Positions 51,438-63,829 of a stretch of 64,000 bases of DNA are shown here, one piece after another. The notes beneath the pieces were generated by a model that was given only the letters and a program-made list of their open reading frames with translations, searched no databases and had not been told where the DNA came from. Origin of the DNA: Okamejei kenojei. Its lineage: Eukaryota. How positions within the stretch are numbered: the stretch's first letter is position 1; each line of letters begins with the position of its first letter. The stretch is from NCBI GenBank assembly GCA_035221665.1, contig JAVHYY010000086.1, forward strand, positions 124,001 through 188,000, given 5' to 3'. A program made the translations under genes and the position numbers.

Positions 51438-52408
51438 ATGTGCGCTCGGTGTCTCTTGGCGCTGATACTCGTTGTGGTGCCCGTTGAGTTTCAGTTTCAT
51501 TGTTCAGTGTGCAATCAGTGACTTCCAGGTACTACCTGTTCTCTAACACGGGGGTTCAACGTAGGTTCACCAGGTTTATTTCCGGGATGGCGGTACTGAC
51601 ATATAATGAAATATTGGCTCGACTGGGCTTGTATTCACTGGAATTTAGAATGGTGAGAGGAGATCTTATAGAAACATATAACACTCTTAAAGGATTGGAC
51701 AGTCTAACTGCAGGAGACATGTTCCCGATATTGGTGGAGTCCAGTACCACACAGTTTAAGAATAAGGGGTCGGCCATTTAGGACTGTGACGAGGAAAAAC
51801 ATTTTCACCTTGAGAGTTGTGAATATGTGGAATTCTATGGAAGGCAGTGGGGGCTAATTCATTGATGGTTTTCAAGAGGGAGTTTGATTTTGCTCTTAAG
51901 GCGAACGGAATCAAGGGATATGGGGGGAAAGCAGGAACGGAGTACTGATTTTATATGATCAGCCATGATCAGATTGAATGGTGGAGCTGGCTCGAAGAGC
52001 CGAATGGCCTACTACTGCACCTATTAGAAATTTTCTATGACACGCTCTGTGCTTTGTTATAGGTACCCGTTGCGGTGACTCAGTGTTTCAGTTCCCGCTG
52101 CAACAGGCTGCGGAGGCAGGCCAGAGCCTAACACTGGACTGCACTTTCTCCGAATGATTCAGCTCCAACTTCGCCTGCTGGTACATCCAATATCCCGGGG
52201 AAGAGCCTAGATACGTACTGAAGAAATACAGCCATGGGGGAGGTGACCGGTTTCCAGATTTCCCCGACAGGTTTACTTCAGCGTTTCACAAAGCATCGAG
52301 GACTGTTCCTTTAACTATTTCCGGGGTTCGAGTCTCCGATTCCGCCGTGTAGCTCAGCTCCTTGGGACCGACACTGCTGCAGAGATGGGGCAGATACGGA
52401 CAAAAACC
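51438..52408 (+). pseudogene. TCR V pseudogene V-C (leader 51438-51483; exon 52063-52369; RSS 52370-52408)
   Basis: Leader MCARCLLALILVVVP with the donor mutated to TTGAGT. The exon GTRCGDSVFQFPLQQAAEAGQSLTLDCTFSE*...WYIQYPGEEPRYVLK...DSAV*LS has two stops. RSS GACACTG-23-ACAAAAACC. A CR1 fragment sits in the intron. Confidence 0.9.
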
Positions 52409-52675
52409 CATTCCGTGAGTTTCAGTCAGCTGCCACAAGTGGGCGCCCCAGTCCGGTACATATACGTAATTCGGAAAAAATCCCCGAGGAGACTCCGGAA
52501 GGTGCCGGAATACACAACCTCCACTGCAAGAGTGAGGCCGCACGCAAACAGGACGAGCAACATCCCCTATTCCACTTAGGAAGCTAACTGCCGAACGTTG
52601 GTATAGGTATAGAGGAATAGATACATGGCTTAAAATATTCTGATTCCAATGATGCCTGTTCGAGAAATGTTGAGG

Positions 52676-52683
52676 TGATGTCA
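52676..52683 (+). promoter_or_regulatory. CRE-like TGATGTCA promoter motif repeated upstream of V genes
   Basis: Same position ~280-300 bp before the leaders: 52676, 55012, 58770 (TGATGTCA) and 60553 (TGACGTGA), usually with CCAAT nearby. It resembles the CRE-like decamer of TCR V promoters. Confidence 0.6.
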
Positions 52684-52974
52684 TTTGAGAACTTGCAAAG
52701 GACAGGCAAAAGCGAGTAACAGTTCGAATTCGATACGGCCAGAGCGAGGGGGAGAGTGATACAGAAACACCCAATCAGGGCGCGTAAAGGAATAAATCAT
52801 GTAGTCAAATTCCATCGGTTTTGAGCACACAATCGTGCACGAGGGGAACGTCCAATCGTCCCCGCAAAAGCAAAAACCTTCCCCTGATGTCCGTGTCTGC
52901 TCACATACCCAAAGCGAGACATGATCGCAGTCAAATCATTTCCTTCTTCCACAGCTGTTAACAAAGCACATGCC

Positions 52975-53451
52975 ATACTCAATCTGAGGTTCATGCTGGT
53001 GATAATTTTTATGTTTCCAGGCGAGCCTATGTTACAATTGTCTTTGAGCAGAACGTGGCATTGATATACGGCCAGATTGCTCACGGTGTCTCTGCTTTGT
53101 TCTAGGAGTCTATTTCGACGATACGATGTCCCAGTATCCACCTCAGATGACGGCCGAGGAAGGGCAAACGGCAACACTGAACTGCAATTATTCTGCATCA
53201 GTGGTTGCTGACACGGTCTTTTGGTACATCCAAAGTTCTGCCGATGCGCCGAGGTATATACTGAAGATATTCGCCACTGGCCGTCAAGACCCGTCACCTG
53301 ACTTTTCAGACAGATTTTATGCGGATTATTGTAAAGAAAAGCGGATGTTGCCTTTGAGTATCTCCGGGGTTCGTGTTTCCGACTCCCCCGTGTATCCCTG
53401 TGCCATGAGCCCCACATTGCGACAAGTAAGCAGCCGGACCGCACAAAAAAC
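52975..53451 (+). other. TCR V segment V-D: open V exon 53106-53412, 23-RSS, defective leader 52975-53020
   Basis: The leader starts ATA and its donor is GCGAGC. The exon is open (TLNC, FWYIQ, DSPVYPCAMSP). RSS CACATTG-23-ACAAAAAAC. Confidence 0.92.
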
Positions 53452-53967
53452 AACCCCAGAAAGTTCAGCGAGCATCAACAGATGGCGCACTTACACCGGT
53501 GATTGAAAATTACCCGAGATGGAATTTATTCGCAATTTTCATCAAACGCATTGTACACATTTACTATCACACAATAGACACAATCACCGCAAATGCTGTC
53601 CAGATTTCAAATGCCTTACTCGGTAACTTATTTGGTTTAATCCCTCCGCCCCCTAAAAATGCGAATCAATGATGTCTGGAAATTTAGGAAGAATATTTCC
53701 CATTAAATATCGCACTCGCGACAGCCATGCCAACCTGTAGATATTTTCCCATAATGCTTTCTTTCCAGCCACCAAACCGATGTTCAGTTCACACTGCGAA
53801 TGCTCATCTGACGGCGCACAAACCAGGGAAACTGAAGTGATCGGAGATGGAAACACCACGCGTGTTTCAGCAAATTTGTTTCTGCAAACGTGTTACAAGG
53901 CCCACAGGTCTGTTCCTCCCAATATTGTCCAGATTTGAGATTGCTTATTCTCCGTATCGGCCCAAGT

Positions 53968-54570
53968 CCAAGTCATGTTTATTCGCCACATACACATACG
54001 GGATGTGCAGTGAAATGAAACGCGGCAGTGTCTGCAGACTTTGTGCATAAAACAAACAAACAACCAACAAACTACAAACAGAATGGAACAGAATCACATG
54101 TTATTTTCCATATCAAATATTGTGGGTGGTATTGTGGTACAGTAAACTTAGTAAAGTTAGTCCCTGGTGAGATTGGAATTTTGCAGTCCGAATGGCCTCT
54201 GGGAAGAAACTCCTTCTCATCCTCACCGTTCCCACACCATGGCAACGGAGGCGTTTGCCGTAGCAGCTGGAAGGCGTCTCCCATTATCTTATTGGCTCTG
54301 GAGTTGCACCTTCTGATGTATAGTTCCTGCAGAGGGGTGAGAGAAGTTCCTATAGTGCGTTCGGCCGAACGCACTACTCTCTGCAGAGCCTTCCAGCCCT
54401 GGGCAGAGCAATTCCCAAACGAGATTGTAATATTTCCACACAATATGCTTTCCACAGTCGCTGAGAAGAAGCACTGGAGGATCCTCGGAGACACTCTGAA
54501 TTTCCTCAATTGCCTGAGGTGGTGAAGGCGCTGCATTGCCTTACTCACGAGTGCTGCAGAGTGTGATGTC
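53968..54570 (-). mobile_element. Rex1/Babar-type LINE 3' fragment
   Basis: KAMQRLHHLRQLRKF..VESIL..FGNCSAQ..KALQRVVRSAERTIG, with AATAAA near 53978 (minus strand). Confidence 0.8.
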
Positions 54571-55309
54571 CAATACGGGGGGAGTAAATTATGATGTGAG
54601 TCGTTTCAAGCGCTTTTAGCTGTGTTACTGTGAGGCGATATTTCTCTCATAATGGAAAGAGCCCCCTCTCTGTTTCGTTCTATGCATGCTGCATGTTTAA
54701 AAAAACACCTTGTTAGTAATACCCGAGGCAGAGTGCTGCACCCTCGTATTATCAAACCGCAGATCCACTGGGTAAAATCAACGGGAGTCTTCCGTATTTT
54801 CAACGATGCGGAATATTGAGTCCAACGACCTTTGTTCCGCAGTTTTCACGACAAGAATGGATTTCCATTAGAAAAGTGGGCAGCTGTTGTCGCAACTGTG
54901 CGGATCCAACCATTTGAGTTCAATCCTGAAAAGGTGGTAGCGTGAGAGAGGTACAGATACACAAGTAGAAATATTCAGATTCCAATGATGCCTATTCGAG
55001 AAATATAGAGGTGATGTCATTTGAGAACTTGCAAAGGACAGGAAGAAACGAGGAACAGTTCGAAATGGTGGAGGTGAGAGCGAGGGAGAGAGTGATAAAG
55101 AAACATCTAGTCAGGGCGCGTAAAGGAAGAAATCATGTCGTCAAATTCCATCGGTTGTGAGCACTCAATCGTGCAGGAGGTGAACGCCCCTCTTTCACCC
55201 CAGAACAAAAACCTTACCCTGATGTCCGTGTCTGCTCACATACCCAAAGCGAGACCTGATCGCAGTAAAATCGTTTCCATTTCCCACAGCTATTTCCAAA
55301 CCACATGCA

Positions 55310-55770
55310 ATGAGCAAACTCTGGTTCATGCTGATGATAATTTTTATGTTTCCAGGTGAGTCTATGTTACAATTGTATGTGAACATAACGTGGCATTGAT
55401 ATATGGGCAGACTGCTCATGGTGTTTCTGCTTTGTTCTATGAGTCTCTGGAGACGATTCGATGTCCCAGTATCCACCTCAGACGACGGCCGAGGAAGGGC
55501 AAACGGCAACACTGAACTGCAATTATTCTGCATCAATGGGTGCTGACACGGCCGTTCTGTACATCCAAAATTCTGCAGAAGCGCCGAGATATCTACTGAA
55601 GATATTCGTCAATGGCCGTCATGACCCGTCACTTGTTATGCAGTTTATGATAAAGAAAAGTGGATGGTCCCTTTGAGCATCTCCAGTGCCCGTGTTTCCG
55701 ACTCCGCCGTGTATTTCTGTGCTATGAGACCAACACTTGGGAAAGGAAGCAGCGGGACCGCACAAAAAAC
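55310..55770 (+). pseudogene. TCR V pseudogene V-E (leader 55310-55355; exon 55441-55731; RSS 55732-55770)
   Basis: Intact leader MSKLWFMLMIIFMFP + GTGAGT. Acceptor AG changed to AT, conserved W to L, and a frameshifting deletion near 55632. RSS AACACTT-23-ACAAAAAAC. Confidence 0.92.
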
Positions 55771-55950
55771 ATTCCCAGCAGGTTCCGCGAGTGCTCGCTA
55801 GATGGCGCACCTAGACCGGTGATCGAAAATATCCGAGATGGAAATTATTCGCAATTTTCATCAAACGCATTACACACATTTTATGTCACAAAATAGACAC
55901 GACCACCGCAATTTTTTTTCCAAATTTGAAATGTCTTTCGCAGTAATACT

Positions 55951-56065
55951 CGGCAGAGTCGGAAACACGGGCCCCGGAGAAGCTCAAAGGGACCATCCGG
56001 TTTTCTTTATCATAAACTGCATAACATCAGTCTAAGAAGTCAGGTGACGGGTCTTCACGGCCATT
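55951..56065 (-). pseudogene. Inverted fragment of V CDR2-FR3
   Basis: Reverse complement of AATGGCCGT...GTTTCCGACTC(C/T)GCCG from V-E-like exons. Confidence 0.9.
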
Positions 56066-56169
56066 TGGTTTAACCGCCCCCCCCCCCTAATAAAAGCTAA
56101 GCACTTTTTTTCTGGAATTATAGGAAGACTATTTTCCCATTAAATATCGCACGAGCGACAGCTATTCCA

Positions 56170-58425
56170 ACTCTATCTAATTCTCTAAGAGCTCTATCTA
56201 ATTCTCTTTTGAATGCATCCAGTGAATCGAACTTCACTGCCTTCTGAGGCAGAGAATTCCACAAATGCACAACTCTACGAAAATGTTTTTCCTCATTTCA
56301 GTTCTAAATGCCCTACCTCATATTCTTGAACTAAGGCCCCTGGTTCTGGACTCCATCAACATCGGAACCACGTTTCCTGCATCTAGCGTGTCCAATACAT
56401 GAATAATTGTATATGTTTTTATAAGATCCCCTCACATCCTTCTAAATTCCAATGAATGCAAACCATGTCCCTCCATTCTTTCATTATATGACGGTCCCGC
56501 CATCCCGGAAAGTCACCTCGTGAACCTGTGCTGCACACAATATTCCTATTTGCTCCTATACTCAACTCCTCTCGTTATGATGGGCAACATGTCGTCAGCT
56601 TTCTTCACGTCCTGCTGTACCTGCATTCTTACTTTCATTAACTTATATACAAGGACACACAGATGTCGTTGTACTTCCCCGTCTCCTAACATGACACCAT
56701 TCAGATAATAACCTGCCTTCCCTTTCTTACCACCAAAGCGTATAACCTCACATTTATCCACATTATACTGCATCTGCCACGCATCTGCCCACTCACGCAA
56801 ACTATCAAAGTCACACTGCATCCTCATAGAATGCTCTTCTCACTACACACTGCCACCCAACTTTGTGTAATTTGCAAATTTGCTAATGTTACTTTTAATA
56901 CCTTCATCCAAATCATTAATATATATTGTAAATAGCTGCGGTGCCAGCAACGAGATGTGTTGCACCGCTCTAGCCATTGCCTGCCATTCTAAAAGGGACC
57001 CGTTAATCCCAACTCCTTGTTTCCTCTCTGCCAACCAAATTTCTATCCATGTCAATACACTACTCGCAATACTATATCCTCGAATTAAGCTCACTAATCT
57101 CCTGTGTGGGACCTTATCAAAGGCCTTCTGAAAGTGCAAGTACACTATATGCACCGGCTCACCCTTGTCCATTTTATTTTTTACATTCTCAGAAAAATCC
57201 GGAAGATTTGTCAAACATGATGTCCCCTTCATAAATCCACACTGACTTGGACCGATCCTGTTACTGCTATCCAAATACGCCGCTTTTTTATCTTCAATAA
57301 TCGACTCCAACATATTGCCCACCACTGATGTCAGGCTAACTGGTTAACTGCTTCTCTCTCCCTCCTTTCTTGAAAAGTGGGTTTACATTAGCAACAATCA
57401 AATCCACAGGAAATGCGCCGTAATCTATAGATCATTGGAAATAATCACCAATGCGCCCACGGTTGCTCGAGCCACCTCAGTGAGTACCCTGGTATGTCGA
57501 CCATCCGGCCCTGGAGATTTATCAGCCTTCAGTTCCATCAGTCTACCCCAATGCCATTTCCTGACTAATGTGATTTTCCTCCAGTTCCCCCATCACCCAA
57601 GGTGCTCTCTCCCTTAGTAACCCTGGGAGAGTGTTTGTGTCTTCCTCAGTGTAGACAGAATCAAAGCACCTGTTCAACTGCCATTTCCTTGATGCGCATA
57701 ATGAATTCAGCTGCTTCTCTCTTCAAGGGACCACATTTGTTTTACCTATTTAACGCTTCACATATCCAAAGCATGTTTTACTATCCTCCTTTGTATTCTT
57801 GACTAGCTTACCTTTGTAATTCATTTTCACCCCGTATTGCATTTTAGTTAACTTCTGTTAATCTTTAAAAGTTACCCAATCCTCTGGATTCCAATAGACA
57901 ATGGACAATAGACAATAGACAATAGGGGCGGGCGTTGACCATTCGACCCTTCGAGCCAGCACCGTCATGCAATGTGATCATGCCTGATCATCCCCAATCA
58001 GTACTCCGTTGCTGCCATCTCCCCATATCCCCTGGCCCCGCTATCTTTAAGAGCCCCATCCAGCTCTCTTAGAAGCATCCAGAGAACCGTCTATCACCGC
58101 CCTCTGAGGCAGACAATTCCACAGACTCGCAACTCTCTGTGTGAAAACGTGCTTCCTCGTCTCCGTTCTAAATAACTTACCCCATCACCCCATTACGTAT
58201 AACACACTCATCTTTGCTATGTTATACGCCTTCTGTTTTATTGTTATACTGTCCTTGACCTCTTGTCTACCACGCTCGCCTCTTACTCTCCTCGGAATCT
58301 TTCTTCCACTTTGGAATGAAATGATCCTATATCTTCTGAATTATTCCCAGAAATAGCTGCCTTTGCTCTTCCACTGTCATCCCTGTCAGTGTCCCTTTAC
58401 AGTGAACTTTGGCTAGCTCCTCCCT
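56170..58425 (-). mobile_element. Degraded CR1 LINE with nested CR1 tail (~57893-58180)
   Basis: RT ORF pieces at 56546-56827 and 56843-57325 (FQKAFDKVPH, IYINDLD). Confidence 0.85.
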
Positions 58426-59064
58426 CATCCGAGAATTAGACAACCGCAGATGTACTGGGCATGATCGTTGACCTTGTCCCATATGTTGAATGAGCGTAAT
58501 ATTACCATACGTCCGCATATTTAAAGACAATAATGCATTTCCATTCGAACGTGGCAGCAGTAGGGAACACTTGACCCTGGCAGCTCCCACTGTCCGGGTT
58601 CGAATGCAATTCACTAGTCCGCATGAGTGTTTTTCGCAGCCTAGCCCCGTCAACGTCAAAAACACGAAAGAGACGGAGACCAGGGGTTACAAAGAGCCAG
58701 GGCGAGAGAGCAATACATGCACTGATTAAAGGATTCTGATGTTAATAATGAGCGAGCGAGTAATTGATGTGATGTCATTTGAGAACTGGCAAATGACAGG
58801 AGAAAGGGAGGGACATTTCGTCGTCGAGACAATCAGACCCAGTGAGAAAGAGAGAGAGAAGCATCCAATCAGTTCAAGTAAAGGATGAACGATGTGCTCA
58901 AATTGCGTCGGTTGTGAGCACCCGATCGTACACAAGGGGAACGCCACTTAATCTCCCCAATAGAACAAAAACTGCCGCTGATTCTACGTCACCTCACATA
59001 TAATCGAGATATGAACGCAGTCAAACAATTTCCTTCTTCGTTAGGTGATTCCAAACCACAGGCC

Positions 59065-59541
59065 ATAAGAACTCTCTGGTCCATACTGATGATATGTTTC
59101 ATGTTTCCAGGTGAGTCTTTGTTGCAATGGTCCCTGGGCGCACCATAGCTTTGATACACGGCCAGAGTGCTCACAGTTTCTGTGCTTTATTCTAGGGGTC
59201 TATGGAGAGGATTCGATGTCCCAGTATCCACCTCAGATGATGGCCGTGGAAGGACAAATGGTAACATTGAACTGCAGTTACCCTGCATCAATGGGTGCTT
59301 ACACTGTCTTTTGGTACATCCAAAGTGCTGCAGAGGCACCGAGATATATACTGAAGATATTCACCACCGGTCGAACAGAATGGTCGTCTGAGTTTTCAGA
59401 CAGGTTTTCTGCAGTTTATCGCAACGAAGAGCAGATGGTTCCTTTGAGTATCTCTGGGGTGCAAGTTTCCGACTCCGCCGTCTACCTCTGTGCCATGAGG
59501 CCCACACTGCGGCAGGGAAGCAGAGGGTCCGCACAAAAACC
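59065..59541 (+). other. TCR V segment V-F: intact V exon 59196-59502, good 23-RSS, leader with ATA start
   Basis: Leader (I)RTLWSILMICFMFP + GTGAGT. Exon GVYGEDSMSQYPPQMMAVEGQMVTLNCSY...FWYIQ...DSAVYLCAMRP. RSS CACACTG-23-ACAAAAACC. Confidence 0.95.
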
Positions 59542-60830
59542 AACCCTGGTAGTTTCTGCAAGCACGCACAAGAGGGCGCACTTACACGGGGACTCGGAAA
59601 TGATCAGAGGTAGACACTCTTCGCGAATTTCAGCAAACGCATTGTGAATATTTACTGTTGCAAAATAAACACAATCTTCCCTAATGCATTCCAAATTTAA
59701 AATGCCTTACTCGGTAACTAATCAGCCATGCCTCTCAAACTGTGTGAAGCAATGGTTACTGGAATTATAAGAAGAATATTCCCACATGAACTTCATGTAT
59801 CCACACGCGTGCTAGCCCTTCCGACCTAGAGAGTTGCTTCCTTCATTTCTTCCTTTCAGCCTCCAGACCAACACCCAATTCACAATGCGAGCGCTCACCA
59901 TACGTGCACATACGCGGAAAACCTAAGTGATCAGAGATAGGAACTCCACGGAGGTTCCGCAAATTTATTACAACAAATATGTTACAAGGACGATAGCTCT
60001 GCTTCTCCTAATATTGTCCACGTTTGACATGTTCCATTCGCTGTAACGGCCCAACTTTACTCCTGCCGGTACTGGATGAATTATGTTATGATTTGACCTC
60101 CATTAAGCCTTCTTTTCTGCATAACTGTTTGGCGCTAAAAATCTTATGATTAGCGGAGTCCACTCGCTGATCAGCGATGATCATATTGAATGGTGGAGCA
60201 GACTCGAAGGGCCGAATGGCCTACTGCTGCACCTATTTTCTATGTTTCTATGTTTCTATGATTCGTTCCATCCGACCGGCAAAGCAACAGGCTTTTAAAC
60301 CATTTGTTCCATTGTCGCTTTTGACAATTCTCGGGGCAAAGCAGTTGTTACACCTGTAACTTAACGGCTCGAACCATTTGAGTTCGATCCAAACAGAAAA
60401 AGATGTGTTCTTTTTCGCCCTTTCCCTCTGTGGCTGCGTGGAAAATGAACGAAACGGATAGCAGGGATTAGAAAGACAACGGGTGAGAGGGACATTATTG
60501 TACATATTAACATGTTCAGCTGCTAATGATGAACTAGCGAGAAATGGAGAGGTGACGTGATTCGAGAAATAGTAAATGGCAGGAGAAAGAGGGTAAGAGT
60601 TAGAATTCGAGACAATAGGAGAGAGTGAGAGATATACATCCTATCAACGCACTTAAAATAAGAAGGCTTGTGCTAAAACTGCGTCAGTTATGAGCACCAA
60701 ATGCTGCAAGAGGGGAAGGCGCTTATTTTTCACAAACGGACAAACCTGCGCCTGATTTCCGCGTCATTTCTCATTGCCAACGCGAGAAATGAACGCAGTC
60801 GATTCGTTTCCACCTTCCACTGCACTGGCC

Positions 60831-61288
60831 ACTCTCTGGTCCGTACTGATGGTAATTTCCGTATTTCCAGGAGCAAGTTGCAATGGTACCGAAGCAGAAC
60901 GTGCTTCTGACACACTCCCAGCCGGCTAACAGTTTGTTTGCTTTGCTTTAGGGGCCTGTGGAGACGATGCCATTTCCCAGTATCCATCCCAGTTGACGAC
61001 TGTGGAAGGACAAACTGTAACACTGAACTGCAGTTACCCTGCATCAATGACTGATAACACTGTATTTTGGTACATCCAAAGTTCTGCAGAAGCGCCGAGA
61101 CATATATTGACGATATTCGCCGCCGGCCATCAAGACAGATCACCTGACAGATTTTCTGCGGTATATCGTAAAGAGGATCGGATGGTCCCTTTGAGTATCT
61201 CCGGGGCCCGCGTTTCCGACTCCGCCGTGTATCTCTGTGCCATGAACCCCACACTGCAGCAATGCAACGGAGGGTCCGCACAAACACC
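60831..61288 (+). other. TCR V segment V-G: open V exon 60952-61249, 23-RSS, truncated leader
   Basis: The leader remnant at 60831-60870 lacks both start codon and GT donor. The exon is open with C, W and C (3-codon in-frame deletion). RSS CACACTG-23-ACAAACACC. Confidence 0.93.
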
Positions 61289-62204
61289 AACCTTCGTAGT
61301 TTCGGCATCCGCCATTAGAGGGTGCACTAACCCCGCTAAACGGAAATAAACAGAGATAGAATTTCATTGCAACTTTCAGTCAACGCATTGTAAACATTTA
61401 CTGTTGCAAAATTGACCCAATCATCGCAAAAGCTATCCGGATATGTAACGCCATGCTCAGTAATCCATTTGTCCTAACGCTACAAAAATGCAAAGCAGTT
61501 TGTGGAACTGTAAATATATAATTTGGCCATTGAACGTCTCACGCATGACAGCCCTTCCGACCAGTAGAGCTTTCTCCTTAATATGTTTCTTCCTGTCCCC
61601 AATTCATCACTCTATTCACAACATGAGCACTTACCAGAGGTCGCACATGCCCGGGAAAACGGAATTGATCAGAATTTGAAACTCCAGGGAGGTTTCAGCA
61701 AATATGTTTCAACAAACATGTCGCAAGGGGATAGATCTGTTCCTCGTACTATTGTCCAGAGTTGTGGTATCCTATGTACCCGATCGACCCAACCTTACTC
61801 CTACCAATAAAGGTGGAAGTGTATTATGATGTGACCTTCTTGAAAGCGTTTTTAGCCGCATACCTAATGGACGATATATATCTCATGACTAACACAGCGC
61901 TCTCTCTGATTCATTCCATCTAAGCCGCAATGGGATAGGCTTTTAAAGCATCTGTTCTCTCGACGCTTTTGACAGTTCTGACGGACGGGTGATGCATCCT
62001 GGCTTTAGACAACAGCAGATATATTGAGGGAAATAGACGGCATTCTTCGATGTGTTCAGTGAGACGAGATATTGAATCCTCCGCCCTTTGTTCCGTAGTT
62101 TTCACGAGAGGAATGGATTTCCATTAGAAAACGGGCAGCAGTTGGAACAACTGTAACCTGCCGACTCGAACCAGTTGGGTTCGATCCACCCCGACAGGGC
62201 TGTA

Positions 62205-62435
62205 TGAGTAGACACACAATGTTGGAATAACTTAGAGGGCGAGGCAGCATCTCTGGAGATAAGGAATGGGCGACGTTTCGGGTCGAGATCCTTCTTCAGA
62301 CTGATGTCAGTGGAGGGGGCGGGACAATGATAGAATGTAGTCGGAGATTCGCTGGAGAACTGGGAAGGGGAAGGGGATGGAGATAGAAATCGAGAGCTAT
62401 CAGAAGTTAGATAAGTCAATGTGCACATACACCGG
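62205..62435 (-). mobile_element. Penelope-like terminal repeat fragment
   Basis: GCAGCATCTCTGGAG...GACGTTTCGGGTCGAGATCCTTCTTCAGAC repeat, with degenerate copies at ~13180-13340 and ~10640-10700. Confidence 0.6.
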
Positions 62436-63459
62436 TAGTAGGAAATGATCAGAGATAGAAATTCGCGCAATTTTCAGCAAACATATTTTGAACATTTACA
62501 GTTGCAAAATAGACTGAATCATCGCAAATGCTTTCCAGATTTGAAGTGCCTTTCTCAGTAACGTATTTCACAAGTTAACAAATGCACGTTATAGGAGTAG
62601 AATTAAGCCATTCGGCCCATCGTGTCAACCATGGCTGATCTTTGCCACCAAATCCCATTTCATGCCTTCTCCCCATAACCCTTGACACCCGTTCTCATCA
62701 AGTATTTCATTCAACCCCCCAAAATGTGAAGCACTGGTTTCCAGATTAATGGATGAATATAGCAAGAATATTTCCCTATTGAATGTCACATGCGCGACAG
62801 CTCTTCTGACCTGTAGAAGACATTTTCCTGTAATATATTCCTTCCAGCCTCATGTTGAACAAACATGAACGATAGATCTGTTCCTTCCAAAGTTGTCCAG
62901 ATTTGAAATGCCATATTCTTCGTATCGTCGCAACATTACTCTTGCCAATATTGGAGGAATTATACAACCCCCGCTTTTAAACCACCTTCTTAACAATACC
63001 CGAGACAAAGCGGTGCACCCTAGTATTAACCAACCCCAGACCCATTGGCGAAAATCGACTGCAGTCTGTGATGTTTTCAATGTGGCGAAATATTGAGACC
63101 CATGCCTCTTTTTTTGCAGTATTTTTCGACAGGAATGGATTTTAATTAGAAAATTGGAAGCAGTTGGTACAACTGTTACCTAACGGTTCCCACCACCTGG
63201 GTTTTATCCTATCCGATGGGACTGTGACTGTTGTTCGCACCGCGCCCTAAGAGTGCATGGAACATGAAAGGGACAGATATTATGGGGTAGAATGGTTGAG
63301 CATGAGAGGGAAATGTATAGCAGAATAAAGGATTCAGATGCCAATGATGGGCGACAATGAAATGGCGGGGTGATGTACGTTCAGTGATAGTGGGAGTGTG
63401 GAGAGTGAGAGGGGAGAAGGAGATTTATTGAGCGTTGGAATAGGAGAGGGGCTAAGAGA

Positions 63460-63681
63460 NNNNNNNNNNNNNNNNNNNNNNNNNNNNNNNNNNNNNNNNN
63501 NNNNNNNNNNNNNNNNNNNNNNNNNNNNNNNNNNNNNNNNNNNNNNNNNNNNNNNNNNNNNNNNNNNNNNNNNNNNNNNNNNNNNNNNNNNNNNNNNNNN
63601 NNNNNNNNNNNNNNNNNNNNNNNNNNNNNNNNNNNNNNNNNNNNNNNNNNNNNNNNNNNNNNNNNNNNNNNNNNNNNNNNN
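63460..63681. other. Assembly gap (N run)
   Basis: 222 N. Confidence 1.
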
Positions 63682-63829
63682 CGGATATGCATATGGAGAG
63701 CGAGAACCAATCAGCTCACATGAGGGAAGTGGGATTGCTATCAGAATACGTCAGTTCTTGGAGAATAGCCATTGAAATGCCTGGAAAACGCCCCCAAAAT
63801 TATCAAACGAATTTCAACCTGGCCTGATA

